A stretch of DNA of 64,000 bases from Thermodesulfobacteriota bacterium. GTDB taxonomy: Bacteria; Desulfobacterota; GWC2-55-46. Location of the stretch: contig CP129479.1 of the NCBI GenBank assembly GCA_030583865.1, positions 2,637,053 through 2,701,052 of the forward strand, in the 5' to 3' direction. Made by a program: the position numbers and the translations under genes. Positions 12,416 through 21,695 of the stretch are shown here, piece after piece. Numbering within the stretch: position 1 is the stretch's first letter; every line of letters begins with the position of its first letter. The notes under the pieces were generated by a model. That model had not been told where the DNA came from. It searched no databases and saw only the letters and a list, made by a program, of their open reading frames with translations.

Positions 12416-13363
12416 TCACTGCATCCTTATCTCAATATGCGCGAACTTCCTGGTCTCGTTAAGCCAGAAGCTGTACCTCTCGTCCATTATCTTTTTGAAG
12501 AGCCTGTCCTGTATCTCTCCCCTCACCTCCGCGAGCGGCCTCGGCGCCCGGGGCAGGTAATCCGAGAGACGGACGAAGTAGACGCCCTCTGGCCTCTCGA
12601 TTGCCGGGCTCACCTCGCCGGGCTTGAGCTTAGAGGCGGCCTCCTCCAGCCAGGGCTCAAGCTCCCCGGATTTCAGGAGCCCCAGGTCGCCTCCGGCAGA
12701 CGCCGCGGGCCCCTCTGAGTACTGGCTTGCCAGGTCCCTGAAGTCCTCGCCTGCCCGGAGGCCGCCCGCTATGAGGTTCAAGCGCCTCGCGAGGACGTCC
12801 TTGTCGTTGCCGGGCAGGAATATGATATGAAGCCTGAAAAGGGCGGGGGACTGGAAATTATCGATATTGCGGCGGTAGTAGTCCTCTATGTCCTCGGGCT
12901 GGATGGATATCCTTGACCTGAACTCCCTGTTCACGAACTTCACCTGGCGTATCTGCTCTTTGAGCTGCTCCCTGTATTCCTTCTGGGTCAGGCCGTTTTC
13001 GGCCAGAGCGAGAAGGAGCTGCTCCTGAGTCAGCCTGTTCTGCTTTTTAATATCGTCAACGGCGTTGTCTATCTCCCGCTCGCTCACCTCTATGCCAGCC
13101 TTGTCCGCCGCCTGTTTCACAAGCCGCTGCTCTATTAGCCCCTCAAGTATCCCGCCTTCCATCTCGCGGGCCTTTTCAGGGTCGATTGCGCCGCCTTCCA
13201 CCCCGAGCCTCTCCATTGCCACGGCGGTCGCGGCCTTGAGCTCGGATAGCGTTATGATGCTGTCGTTAATGACCGCCACGACCTTGTCCACCACCTCGGC
13301 GCGGGCCTGGGCGGGGGAGAAGAGCATTGCGGCAAGCGCCAGGGCGGCGATGAACCCTCTCAC
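12416..13363 (-). CDS. SurA-like periplasmic chaperone / peptidyl-prolyl isomerase
   Basis: GTG start gives MRGFIAALALAAMLFSPAQA (signal peptide), a SurA N-terminal domain and a PpiC-type PPIase domain; 4-nt overlap with the upstream gene. Confidence 0.75.
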   Translation of the reverse strand: MRGFIAALALAAMLFSPAQARAEVVDKVVAVINDSIITLSELKAATAVAMERLGVEGGAIDPEKAREMEGGILEGLIEQRLVKQAADKAGIEVSEREIDNAVDDIKKQNRLTQEQLLLALAENGLTQKEYREQLKEQIRQVKFVNREFRSRISIQPEDIEDYYRRNIDNFQSPALFRLHIIFLPGNDKDVLARRLNLIAGGLRAGEDFRDLASQYSEGPAASAGGDLGLLKSGELEPWLEEAASKLKPGEVSPAIERPEGVYFVRLSDYLPRAPRPLAEVRGEIQDRLFKKIMDERYSFWLNETRKFAHIEIRMQ

Positions 13364-14316
13364 AGGAGCCCCTCCCGTATCTCTATCCTGGAAGAGCGCT
13401 TCCTCTCGGCTATCCACTCGTCCAGGATGGCCGCGGTCTTCTCGTTTTTGAGGCGCTCTACTATCCTGGCCCTGACCTCCGGATACGGGACCGGCCCGCC
13501 CTTCCTCTTTTCCTCAAGGAGGAATATGTGGAAACCGTATTCCGTCTTGACCACCTGGCTTATCTCCCCCGGCTTGAGGCTGAAGACCACGGCCTCGAAC
13601 TCGTTCGGCATATCACCGGCCCCGAAGTACCCGAGGCTTCCGCCCTCCTTGCCCTCTGGGCTCAGGGAGACCTCCTTCGCGATTTCTCCGAAGTTTTCAG
13701 GGGTGATCCTTTCCCTGACTTCCGTAGCGTCCTCCTCCGAGGCGACGACGATCATCCTGGCCCTGACCTGCTCGGGCCTCGAAAACCCTTCCTTGTTCTG
13801 CTCGTAATACTGCCTTGCCTCCTTTTCGGAGACCTTTGCCAGGCTTGTTATCGACTCGATGGCCTTTTTGACCAGGAGCTTCCTCTTGATCTTCTCCTCC
13901 CACTCGCCGAGGCTGCCGTAGCGCGACTCTATCGCCGCCCTGAAAGAGGCGTCGCCGTACTCCTTTTTTATAAGGTCAACCTCCGCCGCGAGCTCTGCCG
14001 CGCCCACGGTAATGCCGGCCCTCTCGGCCTCCTCGAGCAGGAGCTCCTCTTCTACCATCTCGGCTACGAGCTCTTTTTTCAGCTCAATGAACTCGCCCGC
14101 CTCTTCGCCCTTCTCCGAGGGCACCAGCCGCTTAAGCGCGTCCCTGTACTCCCCGGCTGTTATCGAGCGCCCGTTGACCTTGATTATGACCTCACCGGAG
14201 TCGTCCTTGAAGTAGCCGCACCCGGCTGCGAGCGCCAAAAAAAAGAGGAGTGCGAAGGCCTTCAACAGCCCGCTCCCTGGGCGCTTTTTAATAGGTAAAC
14301 CCCTGCCGGCCATCAT
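13360..14316 (-). CDS. PpiC-type peptidyl-prolyl isomerase lipoprotein (PrsA/SurA-like)
   Basis: LALAAGC lipobox and a C-terminal parvulin domain (GGSLGYFGAGDMPNEFEAVVFSLKPGE). Confidence 0.7.
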   Translation of the reverse strand: MMAGRGLPIKKRPGSGLLKAFALLFFLALAAGCGYFKDDSGEVIIKVNGRSITAGEYRDALKRLVPSEKGEEAGEFIELKKELVAEMVEEELLLEEAERAGITVGAAELAAEVDLIKKEYGDASFRAAIESRYGSLGEWEEKIKRKLLVKKAIESITSLAKVSEKEARQYYEQNKEGFSRPEQVRARMIVVASEEDATEVRERITPENFGEIAKEVSLSPEGKEGGSLGYFGAGDMPNEFEAVVFSLKPGEISQVVKTEYGFHIFLLEEKRKGGPVPYPEVRARIVERLKNEKTAAILDEWIAERKRSSRIEIREGLL

Positions 14317-14325
14317 GAAATCATA

Positions 14326-17300
14326 TCACCCCTTAAGAAGCTCTTTCAATACATATCTGGCCACGTCGAGCGGGGATTCGCCCTCCTTCATGAAGGTTAT
14401 GAACCTGCCCTCGGGAGTGACCCTGTGCCTTTTGGGCTCTTTCCTCGCAAGCTCCGCCGCCTTTTTTACGGCCCCCTCGGGCGGGAGCTTCCCTTCCGCG
14501 CCCTCGAACGAGAGATAGAGCCGTGTGCCCTTCTGGGTCAGCTCGCGGGCATTGAGGGCCTTGAGCATCAATTTGAGCGACGCCGTGGAGAAGAGGTTCC
14601 GCGTAAGCGCAGGGACCTCGCCGTACCTGTCCTCGAGCTCCTCGGTAATCGCCGAGATGTCGTACTCGGATGATATTGAAGAGAACCGCTTGTAGAGGTT
14701 GAGCCTCTGCCTAGTGTCAGGGACATAGTCCTCGGGTATGTACTGTGATATCCGGAGGTTTATCTCCGGCTCGACCTCCTCTTCCACCCTTTCGCCCTTT
14801 ATCTCGCGTACGGCCTCTTCGAGTAGCTGCGTGTACATGTCGAAGCCCACGGCGGCTATGTTGCCGGACTGGGCCGTGCCCAGGAGCTCCCCTGCCCCCC
14901 TTATCTCAAGGTCGTATGTGGCGACCCTGAAGCCCGAGCCAGGCTCCGAGAGCTCCTGTATGACCTCTATCCTCTTCCTTGCGTCGCCCGTAAGCTCGGC
15001 GATGGATGGGCATATGAAATAGGCATAGGCCCGGTGCTTGCTCCTTCCTACCCTTCCGCGGAGCTGATAGAGCTCCGCAAGCCCGAACCTGTCGGCCCTG
15101 TTTATGATTATCGTGTTGGCGGTCGGTATATCGAGGCCCGATTCTATTATGGAGGTCGAGAGGAGTATGTCGAACTCCTTTGAAACGAAGCCCAACATCT
15201 TCTTCTCAAGCTCCCCTTCCTTCATCTGGCCGTGCGCCACAGCAACCCGAGCATGGGGCACGACTCTCCGGAGCATTTCCTCTATCAATCCTATTGACTG
15301 TATCCTGTTGTGGACGAAAAATACCTGGCCGCCCCTTGAAAGCTCCCTCTCTATGGCCTCGCGGACGACCTCCTCGTCGTGCCGTACGACCTGGGTCCTT
15401 ATGGCGAGCCTGTCCTCAGGGGGCGTGTTTATTATCGAGAGCTCCCTTATCGAGGCTAGCGACATGTGGAGCGTCCTCGGTATGGGCGTTGCCGTAAGCG
15501 TAAGGACGTCGACCCTGGCCCGGAGCTTCTTGAGTTTTTCCTTGTGCGCGACACCGAACCTGTGCTCCTCGTCTATAACTATCAAACCCAGGTCCTTGAA
15601 CTCGATATCGGACTGAAGGAGCCTGTGTGTGCCGATTATTATGTCCACCTTGCCTTCGGCAAGCCTCTTTACTATTTCCTTCTGCTCGGCTTTCGACCTG
15701 AACCGCGAGAGGACTTCGACCGTCACCGGGTATGCGGCGAGCCGGTTCGAGAAGGTCCTGTGGTGCTGCTCGGCAAGGACGGTAGTGGGAACGAGCACCG
15801 CGACCTGCTTCTTATCGAGCACGGCCTTGAACGCGGCCCTTATGGCGACCTCGGTCTTCCCGTAGCCGACGTCTCCGCAGACGAGCCTGTCCATGGGCCG
15901 GGGCTCCTGCATGTCATTAAGCGTTTCCTCAATTGCCCTGGCCTGGTCGGGTGTTTCCTCGTACTCGAAGCCTGCCTCGAACTCGTGGAAGAGCCTGTCG
16001 GGAGGCGAGAATGCGAAGCCCTCCGCCGCCGCCCTCTCGGCGTAGAGTTTGAGGAGCTCTCCCGCGAGCTTCTCGACCGCCTGCTTTACCTTCTTCTTTG
16101 ACCTCTCCCAGCCCGGGCCGCCGAGCTTATCGAGCTCAGGGGAGCTCCCCTCGACCCCGTGGTACTTGGTCACGAGGTCCATCCTCCAGACCGGGAGATA
16201 GAGCCTGTCGCCGCCCCTGTATTCCAGCAGAAGGAACTCGTTCTCAAGCCCGTCTATCGAGAGCTTGTTAAGGCCCCTGTAGAGGCCGATGCCGTGCTGC
16301 TTGTGGACTATGAAGTCTCCGGCGGAGAGGTCCTGGAGCTGCGTAAGGAACGCCTCGAGCCGTCTCGACGGCGGGCCCCGCTTCTTTACTCTTTCTCCGA
16401 AGACCTCCTCCTCGGATACTATTACAAGCCCCTCGGAGGGGAGCCTGAAGCCCGTGGAGAGGGCGCCTGTCGCCACATAAAGGCCAACGCCCTCGATGGC
16501 CGCCGCTTCAATGCCCTTCGTGAGCGCGTATTTTAGGCCGTAGCCTTCAAGGAGCTCCCCTGTCCTCTCGGCCTGCCCGCGGTTGTGCGCTGTTATGAAG
16601 ACCCGGAGCCCGGCCTCGGTCCACGAGCCTATCCTTTCGACAAGGGGTTTAAGGAGCTCCTCGCCCTTTCTCGACGATATCTCCTGCCGTATGTCGATGT
16701 TGGATTCAGCGTATATCTCGAGGCCGCCGCTACGGAAGGACTCGATATGAAGGAGCGCGGTCTTATCGAGCATTCCGAGGGCCTCGTCTGCCTTCAGGTA
16801 GATCGAGTCAGGCTCGGTAAAAAACTCTTTACGGGCGAGCAGGCGTCGGGCCGCCTCGTCCACCTCATCCCCGAACGCCTTAAGGCCGCCCCTTACGAGC
16901 TCGGGCTCGATGAGCGCGGTCATGGTGTCCGGCTTGAGGTAGTCAAAAAGGGTATCGAGCCTCTCATGGAAGAGGGGCAGGAGGAAATCCAGGCCGGCGA
17001 CCGAGCCTTCCCGGAGCCTGTCCGAGAGCGGTTCCCACCTCTCGCGCGGGATCTCCAGCTCTTCAGCCCTTTCTATGAGCCTTTCGCGGGCGTCCAGCCT
17101 CGAAGACCTCCGGGAGGCCGTCTCCCTGGCAGGCACTATGAGCGCCTCTTCGAGCTCCTTGAGCGACCTCTGGGTAGCGGGGTCGAACGTCCTTATGGAT
17201 TCGACCTCGTCCCCGAAGAACTCTATCCGGACGGGGAAATCGTACATCGGCGGGAATATGTCGAGTATGCCGCCCCGTACCGATATCTCGCCCCGCTCCT

Positions 17301-17799
17301 CCACCATGCTCATACGCGAGTACCCGGCATCCAGTAGGCTCATGGTAAGCGCGTCCCTGTCCGTCTCCTCGCCTTTCCTTAACGCGAGGGACTTCCTGGA
17401 GAGGTCTTCCCTGGGCGTGACCTTCTGCATCAGGTTGGAGGCCGGAGTTACCAGGATAAGGGGTTTCCCGGAAACGAGCCTGAAGAGGGCCTCCATCCTC
17501 CGGGCCTGTATGTCCTGGTGAGCTGGCTGGGGCTCGAAGGGGAGCACCTCCGGCGCCGGGTAGAGGAGCACGTCATCCTCGCCCAGGAAGAACCGGAGGT
17601 CGCCTGCAAAGGATTCCGCGCTCTCCGTCCCGTCGGTCACGGCAAGGAGAGGCCTTCCAAGCCCGCGGAAAAGCGAGGAAAGCAGATACGCCCTTGATGA
17701 GCCGTAAAGGCCGGAAATCGAAATCCTCCTGCCTGGCCCAAGCTGGACGGCGTCCCTCAAGGCGTCTCTTATGGAATAGGTCTTTTCTCTGGTGGACAT
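14326..17799 (-). CDS. mfd: Transcription-repair coupling factor
   Basis: 1157 aa. DEAD/DEAH helicase motifs (LVCGDVGYGKTEVA, DEEHRFG), RNAP-interaction domain and TRG motif. Confidence 0.95.
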   Translation of the reverse strand: MSTREKTYSIRDALRDAVQLGPGRRISISGLYGSSRAYLLSSLFRGLGRPLLAVTDGTESAESFAGDLRFFLGEDDVLLYPAPEVLPFEPQPAHQDIQARRMEALFRLVSGKPLILVTPASNLMQKVTPREDLSRKSLALRKGEETDRDALTMSLLDAGYSRMSMVEERGEISVRGGILDIFPPMYDFPVRIEFFGDEVESIRTFDPATQRSLKELEEALIVPARETASRRSSRLDARERLIERAEELEIPRERWEPLSDRLREGSVAGLDFLLPLFHERLDTLFDYLKPDTMTALIEPELVRGGLKAFGDEVDEAARRLLARKEFFTEPDSIYLKADEALGMLDKTALLHIESFRSGGLEIYAESNIDIRQEISSRKGEELLKPLVERIGSWTEAGLRVFITAHNRGQAERTGELLEGYGLKYALTKGIEAAAIEGVGLYVATGALSTGFRLPSEGLVIVSEEEVFGERVKKRGPPSRRLEAFLTQLQDLSAGDFIVHKQHGIGLYRGLNKLSIDGLENEFLLLEYRGGDRLYLPVWRMDLVTKYHGVEGSSPELDKLGGPGWERSKKKVKQAVEKLAGELLKLYAERAAAEGFAFSPPDRLFHEFEAGFEYEETPDQARAIEETLNDMQEPRPMDRLVCGDVGYGKTEVAIRAAFKAVLDKKQVAVLVPTTVLAEQHHRTFSNRLAAYPVTVEVLSRFRSKAEQKEIVKRLAEGKVDIIIGTHRLLQSDIEFKDLGLIVIDEEHRFGVAHKEKLKKLRARVDVLTLTATPIPRTLHMSLASIRELSIINTPPEDRLAIRTQVVRHDEEVVREAIERELSRGGQVFFVHNRIQSIGLIEEMLRRVVPHARVAVAHGQMKEGELEKKMLGFVSKEFDILLSTSIIESGLDIPTANTIIINRADRFGLAELYQLRGRVGRSKHRAYAYFICPSIAELTGDARKRIEVIQELSEPGSGFRVATYDLEIRGAGELLGTAQSGNIAAVGFDMYTQLLEEAVREIKGERVEEEVEPEINLRISQYIPEDYVPDTRQRLNLYKRFSSISSEYDISAITEELEDRYGEVPALTRNLFSTASLKLMLKALNARELTQKGTRLYLSFEGAEGKLPPEGAVKKAAELARKEPKRHRVTPEGRFITFMKEGESPLDVARYVLKELLKG

Positions 17800-17926
17800 A
17801 TGTGGTCCCCCGTTTCATCCTCGACCGGACGGGGGAACGAAAAATTATAACACACCGGGCGCTTCGGGGAAAAGCGGTGATTTACGGACAAAAATCTGGA
17901 AGGGGTAAAGGGTAGAACGCGTCAGT

Positions 17927-18280
17927 TCAGGGCTCCGCGAGCGCGGCTGTTTCTTTCGTATCGTCGCAGCAGGACCTTACGTATGTGTCGATGTCTCCGA
18001 CAGGCCTTGCGAAGGTGTATTTGAACGGGTCTGCTATAAGCTTATCGGCGGTGACTCCCACGCTTCTGGCCGGGATGGTGAAGGGCAGGCCAACGATGAA
18101 GACCGCGGTGCCGAGGACGGTAGCCACTATGCCCAGCGGCCTCCCGACCAGCACGTCGAATATTATCTCGGTCGAAGAGGGCTCCCCTTTTTCCATTGTC
18201 GGGGAGGCCTGTGACGGAGTAACGGCGAGAAATAAGACAAGGGCTGCAAGGAGCGCGGAGACGGTCCTTTTCATGGGCAT
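17927..18280 (-). CDS. Hypothetical exported / membrane protein
   Basis: N-terminal signal-like MKRTVSALLAALVLFLAV, a central hydrophobic segment, and GC-rich codon usage consistent with the genome. Confidence 0.4.
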   Translation of the reverse strand: MPMKRTVSALLAALVLFLAVTPSQASPTMEKGEPSSTEIIFDVLVGRPLGIVATVLGTAVFIVGLPFTIPARSVGVTADKLIADPFKYTFARPVGDIDTYVRSCCDDTKETAALAEP

Positions 18281-18376
18281 TCCCCCCTGCTTTTTTGCCG
18301 CCGGATTTCAGGTCCGGCGAGGCATATATAATAATAGCCCCGGTTTTCCGGTTTGCAAGCCCGCACGGAAATAAAA

Positions 18377-18519
18377 GGCAACCTCTAAAAAATTAGAGAT
18401 TTTTCCCGTAATCAAGGAAGGCCGGGAATAAAAATGCTCACATATTATCATATATGCTCCGCTTTTTATTCCCGGCCTGACACAGAATCCGGGGAAAAGA
18501 TCAATTTTTAGAGGTTGCC
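18377..18519. repeat. Family-1 MITE-like element with the central core in inverted orientation
   Basis: Termini match the other copies, but the core reads TGCTCACATATTATCATATATGCTCCGCT, which is the reverse complement of the core in copies at 1426 and 12269. Confidence 0.8.
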
Positions 18520-19319
18520 AGGGCTTCGACGAGCTGCCTGAAGGAGGGATGATACGGGCCCGCGGCAATGGATTCCTCAAGCTCTTTCCCGGGCTGGAGG
18601 CCCATGCGGATCACGGGCACGCCTGCCTCGTCAAGGAGCCGCTTGACCTGCACGCATGCCTCTGTCATTTCTTCGAGCCCCCACGGGCTGTAGAGCCCGC
18701 CTAAATACATCCTGTGCATGGCCGTGCCCTTGAGGACGAGCGAGGGATAGACCCTTACGAAATCAGGCTTGAGGGCGATTATTTTTTGGGTTGTGTCGAG
18801 TATGGTTTCAATCGAATCGCCCGGGAGGCCGGGCATGAACTGGAGGCCCACCTTGAGCCCGGCGTCTTTAAGCGCGGCCACGGCAGCTATTGTCGCATCC
18901 GGGCCGTGCCCCCTTCCGGAGAGCGCAAGCACCTTCGGGTCCATTGACTGCACACCGAGCTCTACTGTCCTTACCCCATTATGCAAAAGAAAAACAGCCC
19001 TTTGAACGTCGATGTAGTCGGGCCTGGTAGAGACCCTTATTGAATCGAGCCTGCCGTCCCTTATAAACGGGAGAGCCGCCTCGAGATAGTCTTTCTGGGT
19101 CTTTTCCGGGAGGCCGGTGAAGCTGCCGCCGTAAAAGGCGGCCTCGCGCGCGCCCTTGCCCTTCCATGTGGAAAGATAGAGCTCGATTTGCCTTGCCGCC
19201 TCCGTTGGCTCTGGCAGCTCCCTTACCGCGGATATGCCCTTCTGGTCGCAGAACACGCACTGGTGGGGGCAGCCGCCGAAAGGGATGAAGATGGGGATTA
19301 TGAGCTGCTTATGCGCCAT
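18501..19319 (-). CDS. Radical SAM protein (ELP3 / TIGR01212-like)
   Basis: IFIPFGGCPHQCVFCDQ CxxxCxxC cluster motif near the N-terminus; the last ~6 codons and the stop are encoded by the right TIR of the family-1 element. Confidence 0.7.
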   Translation of the reverse strand: MAHKQLIIPIFIPFGGCPHQCVFCDQKGISAVRELPEPTEAARQIELYLSTWKGKGAREAAFYGGSFTGLPEKTQKDYLEAALPFIRDGRLDSIRVSTRPDYIDVQRAVFLLHNGVRTVELGVQSMDPKVLALSGRGHGPDATIAAVAALKDAGLKVGLQFMPGLPGDSIETILDTTQKIIALKPDFVRVYPSLVLKGTAMHRMYLGGLYSPWGLEEMTEACVQVKRLLDEAGVPVIRMGLQPGKELEESIAAGPYHPSFRQLVEALATSKN

Positions 19320-20061
19320 GCAGTTCCCCGCCGGGCATCCTTTCAGGGAAGAACTCGGTGAAGCGTTCGGTCATGTTCCCGAGCGCCTCCCCGGCTGCGG
19401 CCTGCTCCGCGTCTTTTTTCCTGGTTGCCGAGCCAGAGCCGAGCACCCTTCCGTTGACCATGACCTCCACCTCGAAGGTCTTTTTGTGCGGCGGGCCTTT
19501 TTCGCCCTTCAAAATATAGACCGGGGCTTCCTTGAATAGCCTCTGCGAGAGCTCCTGCAGCTTCGGCTTGAAATCGAAATGACCGGGCGATTCGAGCGCC
19601 TCCTGCAATAGAGGAGAAAAGAGGGTCTCGACATATTCGAAGGTCTTCTGGAACCCGTGGTGGAAGTAGACGGCGGCTATGAAGGCCTCGAAGACGCCGG
19701 CGAGTATGGAGGGGTTGTCGACCCCGCCGCCCCCGCGCTCGCCCTTGCCGAGAAGGAGGTATTTGTCGAGCGAGAGCTCCTTTGCTAGCAGGGCCAGTGC
19801 CTGCCCGTTCACGAGCTTGGCCCTCATCCTCGTAAGCTCGCCCTCGTGTATGTCCGGGAACTTCCTGAAGAGCATGTGGCTTATGATGTTCGAGAGGATG
19901 GCGTCGCCGAGGAACTCGAGCCGCTCGTTGGACTTGAGCCCCGCCCCCTCCTTTTCATTGAGGTAAGACCTGTGGACAAAGACCTTCCTCATGAGCTCGG
20001 GGTCAGTAAAGCTGAAAGGAAGGGTCGCAAGAAATGTTTCAAACGCATTACCGTCTTTCAA
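19309..20061 (-). CDS. rnc: Ribonuclease III
   Basis: HRSY...ERLEFLGDAIL catalytic signature plus a C-terminal dsRBD. Confidence 0.9.
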   Translation of the reverse strand: MKDGNAFETFLATLPFSFTDPELMRKVFVHRSYLNEKEGAGLKSNERLEFLGDAILSNIISHMLFRKFPDIHEGELTRMRAKLVNGQALALLAKELSLDKYLLLGKGERGGGGVDNPSILAGVFEAFIAAVYFHHGFQKTFEYVETLFSPLLQEALESPGHFDFKPKLQELSQRLFKEAPVYILKGEKGPPHKKTFEVEVMVNGRVLGSGSATRKKDAEQAAAGEALGNMTERFTEFFPERMPGGELHGA

Positions 20062-20257
20062 AATACACCTCCGGCTGGTCGTGTGGCTGAAAAGATTGAC
20101 GGTGCGCGGAGCGCACCCTGCTACTGCGCTAACCCTCGCGTGCTATCACGGGGTACTTCAGCTTCCCCCTTTTCTAAAGGGGGACAGAGGGGGATTAGAA
20201 TGGTGCGCACAGCGCGCCCTACGAGATAATCTCCCCTGCCCCTCTTCAGGGAAGGTC

Positions 20258-20366
20258 TGATTGATTCGCAAATTTTGTCATTCTGAGCGAAGCGAAGAAT
20301 CTCGTATTCAGGAAAATCCGCGAGTTACGAGATTCTTCGGTCGCTTACGCTCCCTCAGAATGACAA
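20258..20366. repeat. Family-2 palindromic element with conserved GATTGATTCGCAAATTT leader
   Basis: TGTCATTCTGAGCGAAGCGAAGAATCTCG...CGAGATTCTTCGGTCGCTTACGCTCCCTCAGAATGACA. It is preceded at 20095-20255 by two further hairpin repeats, including the family-3 motif CTCCCCTGCCCCTCT. Confidence 0.8.
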
Positions 20367-20378
20367 AAATACTACTGG

Positions 20379-21695
20379 CTAAACCTTTTCTCCGGCAGCG
20401 ACAGCCCCTTTCATGCCGCCGTTTGCGGGCTCCTGAAGCTCCGCCTCCACAAGCTTTCTCTTGAGCGCGTCGTCGCCTTCGAGAAATACACGTATGTAGT
20501 TCCGCGCCCTTCCTGTAAGGAGCCCTGAGCGCCTGTCGCGGCCCCCCTCAACGAGCACGCCGGCTTTTTTGCCGATAAAATTTTGATGGAAGGCGTCCCT
20601 CTTGGCCCGATCAAGCTCCTGCAGCCTCGAACACCGCTCTTTTACGGTGCGGGGCTCGACCTGGTCTTTAAAATCCGCGGCAGGCGTGCCACGGCGTTTC
20701 GAGAACGGGAATACGTGGAGATAGGCTATCGGCAGGCCGGAGAGGATCGAATAGGTATTTTCGAATTCGGCATCTCCCTCGCCCGGAAAGCCCGCTATGA
20801 CGTCAACGCCCACGGATATCTCCGGCACGGACGCGACAAGCCTCTCGATCCTTTCGGCAAAGAGCTCCCTTGTGTAAGGCCTTCTCATGCGCTTTATGAT
20901 GTTATCATCGCCGCTCTGAAGGCAGAGGTGCAAATGGTTGCAGACCCTTTTGGCGTCTTGCAAAATTTCAATGAGCCTGTCCGTCACCTCGTCCGGGTCG
21001 AGGGAACTGAGCCTGAACCTGCACGGGTAGTCCTTTTTCTCTATAAGCTCAAGCAGCGTTGTTATGTCGGTTGATGGCGATAAGTCCGCGCCCCATGCGC
21101 CGAGGTGTATGCCCGTGAGCACCACTTCCTTGTATCCGGCTTCAACGAGAGAGTCGAACTCGCGCTCGATTTCATTCAAGGGGAGGCTCTTCGATAGGCC
21201 CCTGGCCCTGGGGATGATGCAATAGGAGCAGGCTCTTCCGCACCCTTCCTGTATCTTCATGTTGGCCCTGGTGCGGCCCGATGAGGAGCGGGCGCGAAGC
21301 GTCCAGGGCGTGCCCTCCTGCCACTGACCCAGGTCTTCCGTAATCCCCTGCCGCCTGCCGCCAAGGAGATATTCGACGATCCTTTCCTTCTCCGGGTTCC
21401 CTACCACGAAATCAACTCCGAGCGATTTCACTTCATCGGGCGAGACCTGCGCGTAGCAGCCTGTTACCACCACTATCGCGCCGGGGTTTTCCTTCCGCGC
21501 CTTCCTTATTACCTGTCGCGACTGGGTATCTGTCCTGCCCGTGACCGTGCAGGTATTTATGATATAGGCGTCGGCAGGCCCGGAAAAGGGCGCGACCTCG
21601 AATGACGCGGCGCGGAGCGCGTCCTCGAGCGCGGAAGAGTCGTACTGGTTCGACTTGCAGCCGAGGGTTGTTATGGCGACTTTCCTCACGTTCAC
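20379..21695 (-). CDS. mtaB: tRNA methylthiotransferase (MiaB-like, MtaB-type)
   Basis: VAITTLGCKSNQYDS MTTase N-terminal domain, CSYCIIP radical-SAM cluster motif and a TRAM domain. The start is ambiguous: GTG at 21695 or 21689, or ATG at 21716. Confidence 0.8.
   Translation of the reverse strand: MNVRKVAITTLGCKSNQYDSSALEDALRAASFEVAPFSGPADAYIINTCTVTGRTDTQSRQVIRKARKENPGAIVVVTGCYAQVSPDEVKSLGVDFVVGNPEKERIVEYLLGGRRQGITEDLGQWQEGTPWTLRARSSSGRTRANMKIQEGCGRACSYCIIPRARGLSKSLPLNEIEREFDSLVEAGYKEVVLTGIHLGAWGADLSPSTDITTLLELIEKKDYPCRFRLSSLDPDEVTDRLIEILQDAKRVCNHLHLCLQSGDDNIIKRMRRPYTRELFAERIERLVASVPEISVGVDVIAGFPGEGDAEFENTYSILSGLPIAYLHVFPFSKRRGTPAADFKDQVEPRTVKERCSRLQELDRAKRDAFHQNFIGKKAGVLVEGGRDRRSGLLTGRARNYIRVFLEGDDALKRKLVEAELQEPANGGMKGAVAAGEKV

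Noticed and set aside
11160-17337. Plus-strand ORFs 11160..12074, 13528..14298, 15466..16101, 16585..17337
   Set aside because: They are antisense to pdxA, the PpiC lipoprotein gene and mfd, respectively, and no domain signatures are present.
17806-17840. Hairpin CCCCCGTTTCATCCTCGACCGGACGGGGG just upstream of the mfd start
   Set aside because: It lacks a following U-run on the minus strand, so it was not called a terminator. It could be a minor regulatory structure but there is insufficient evidence.
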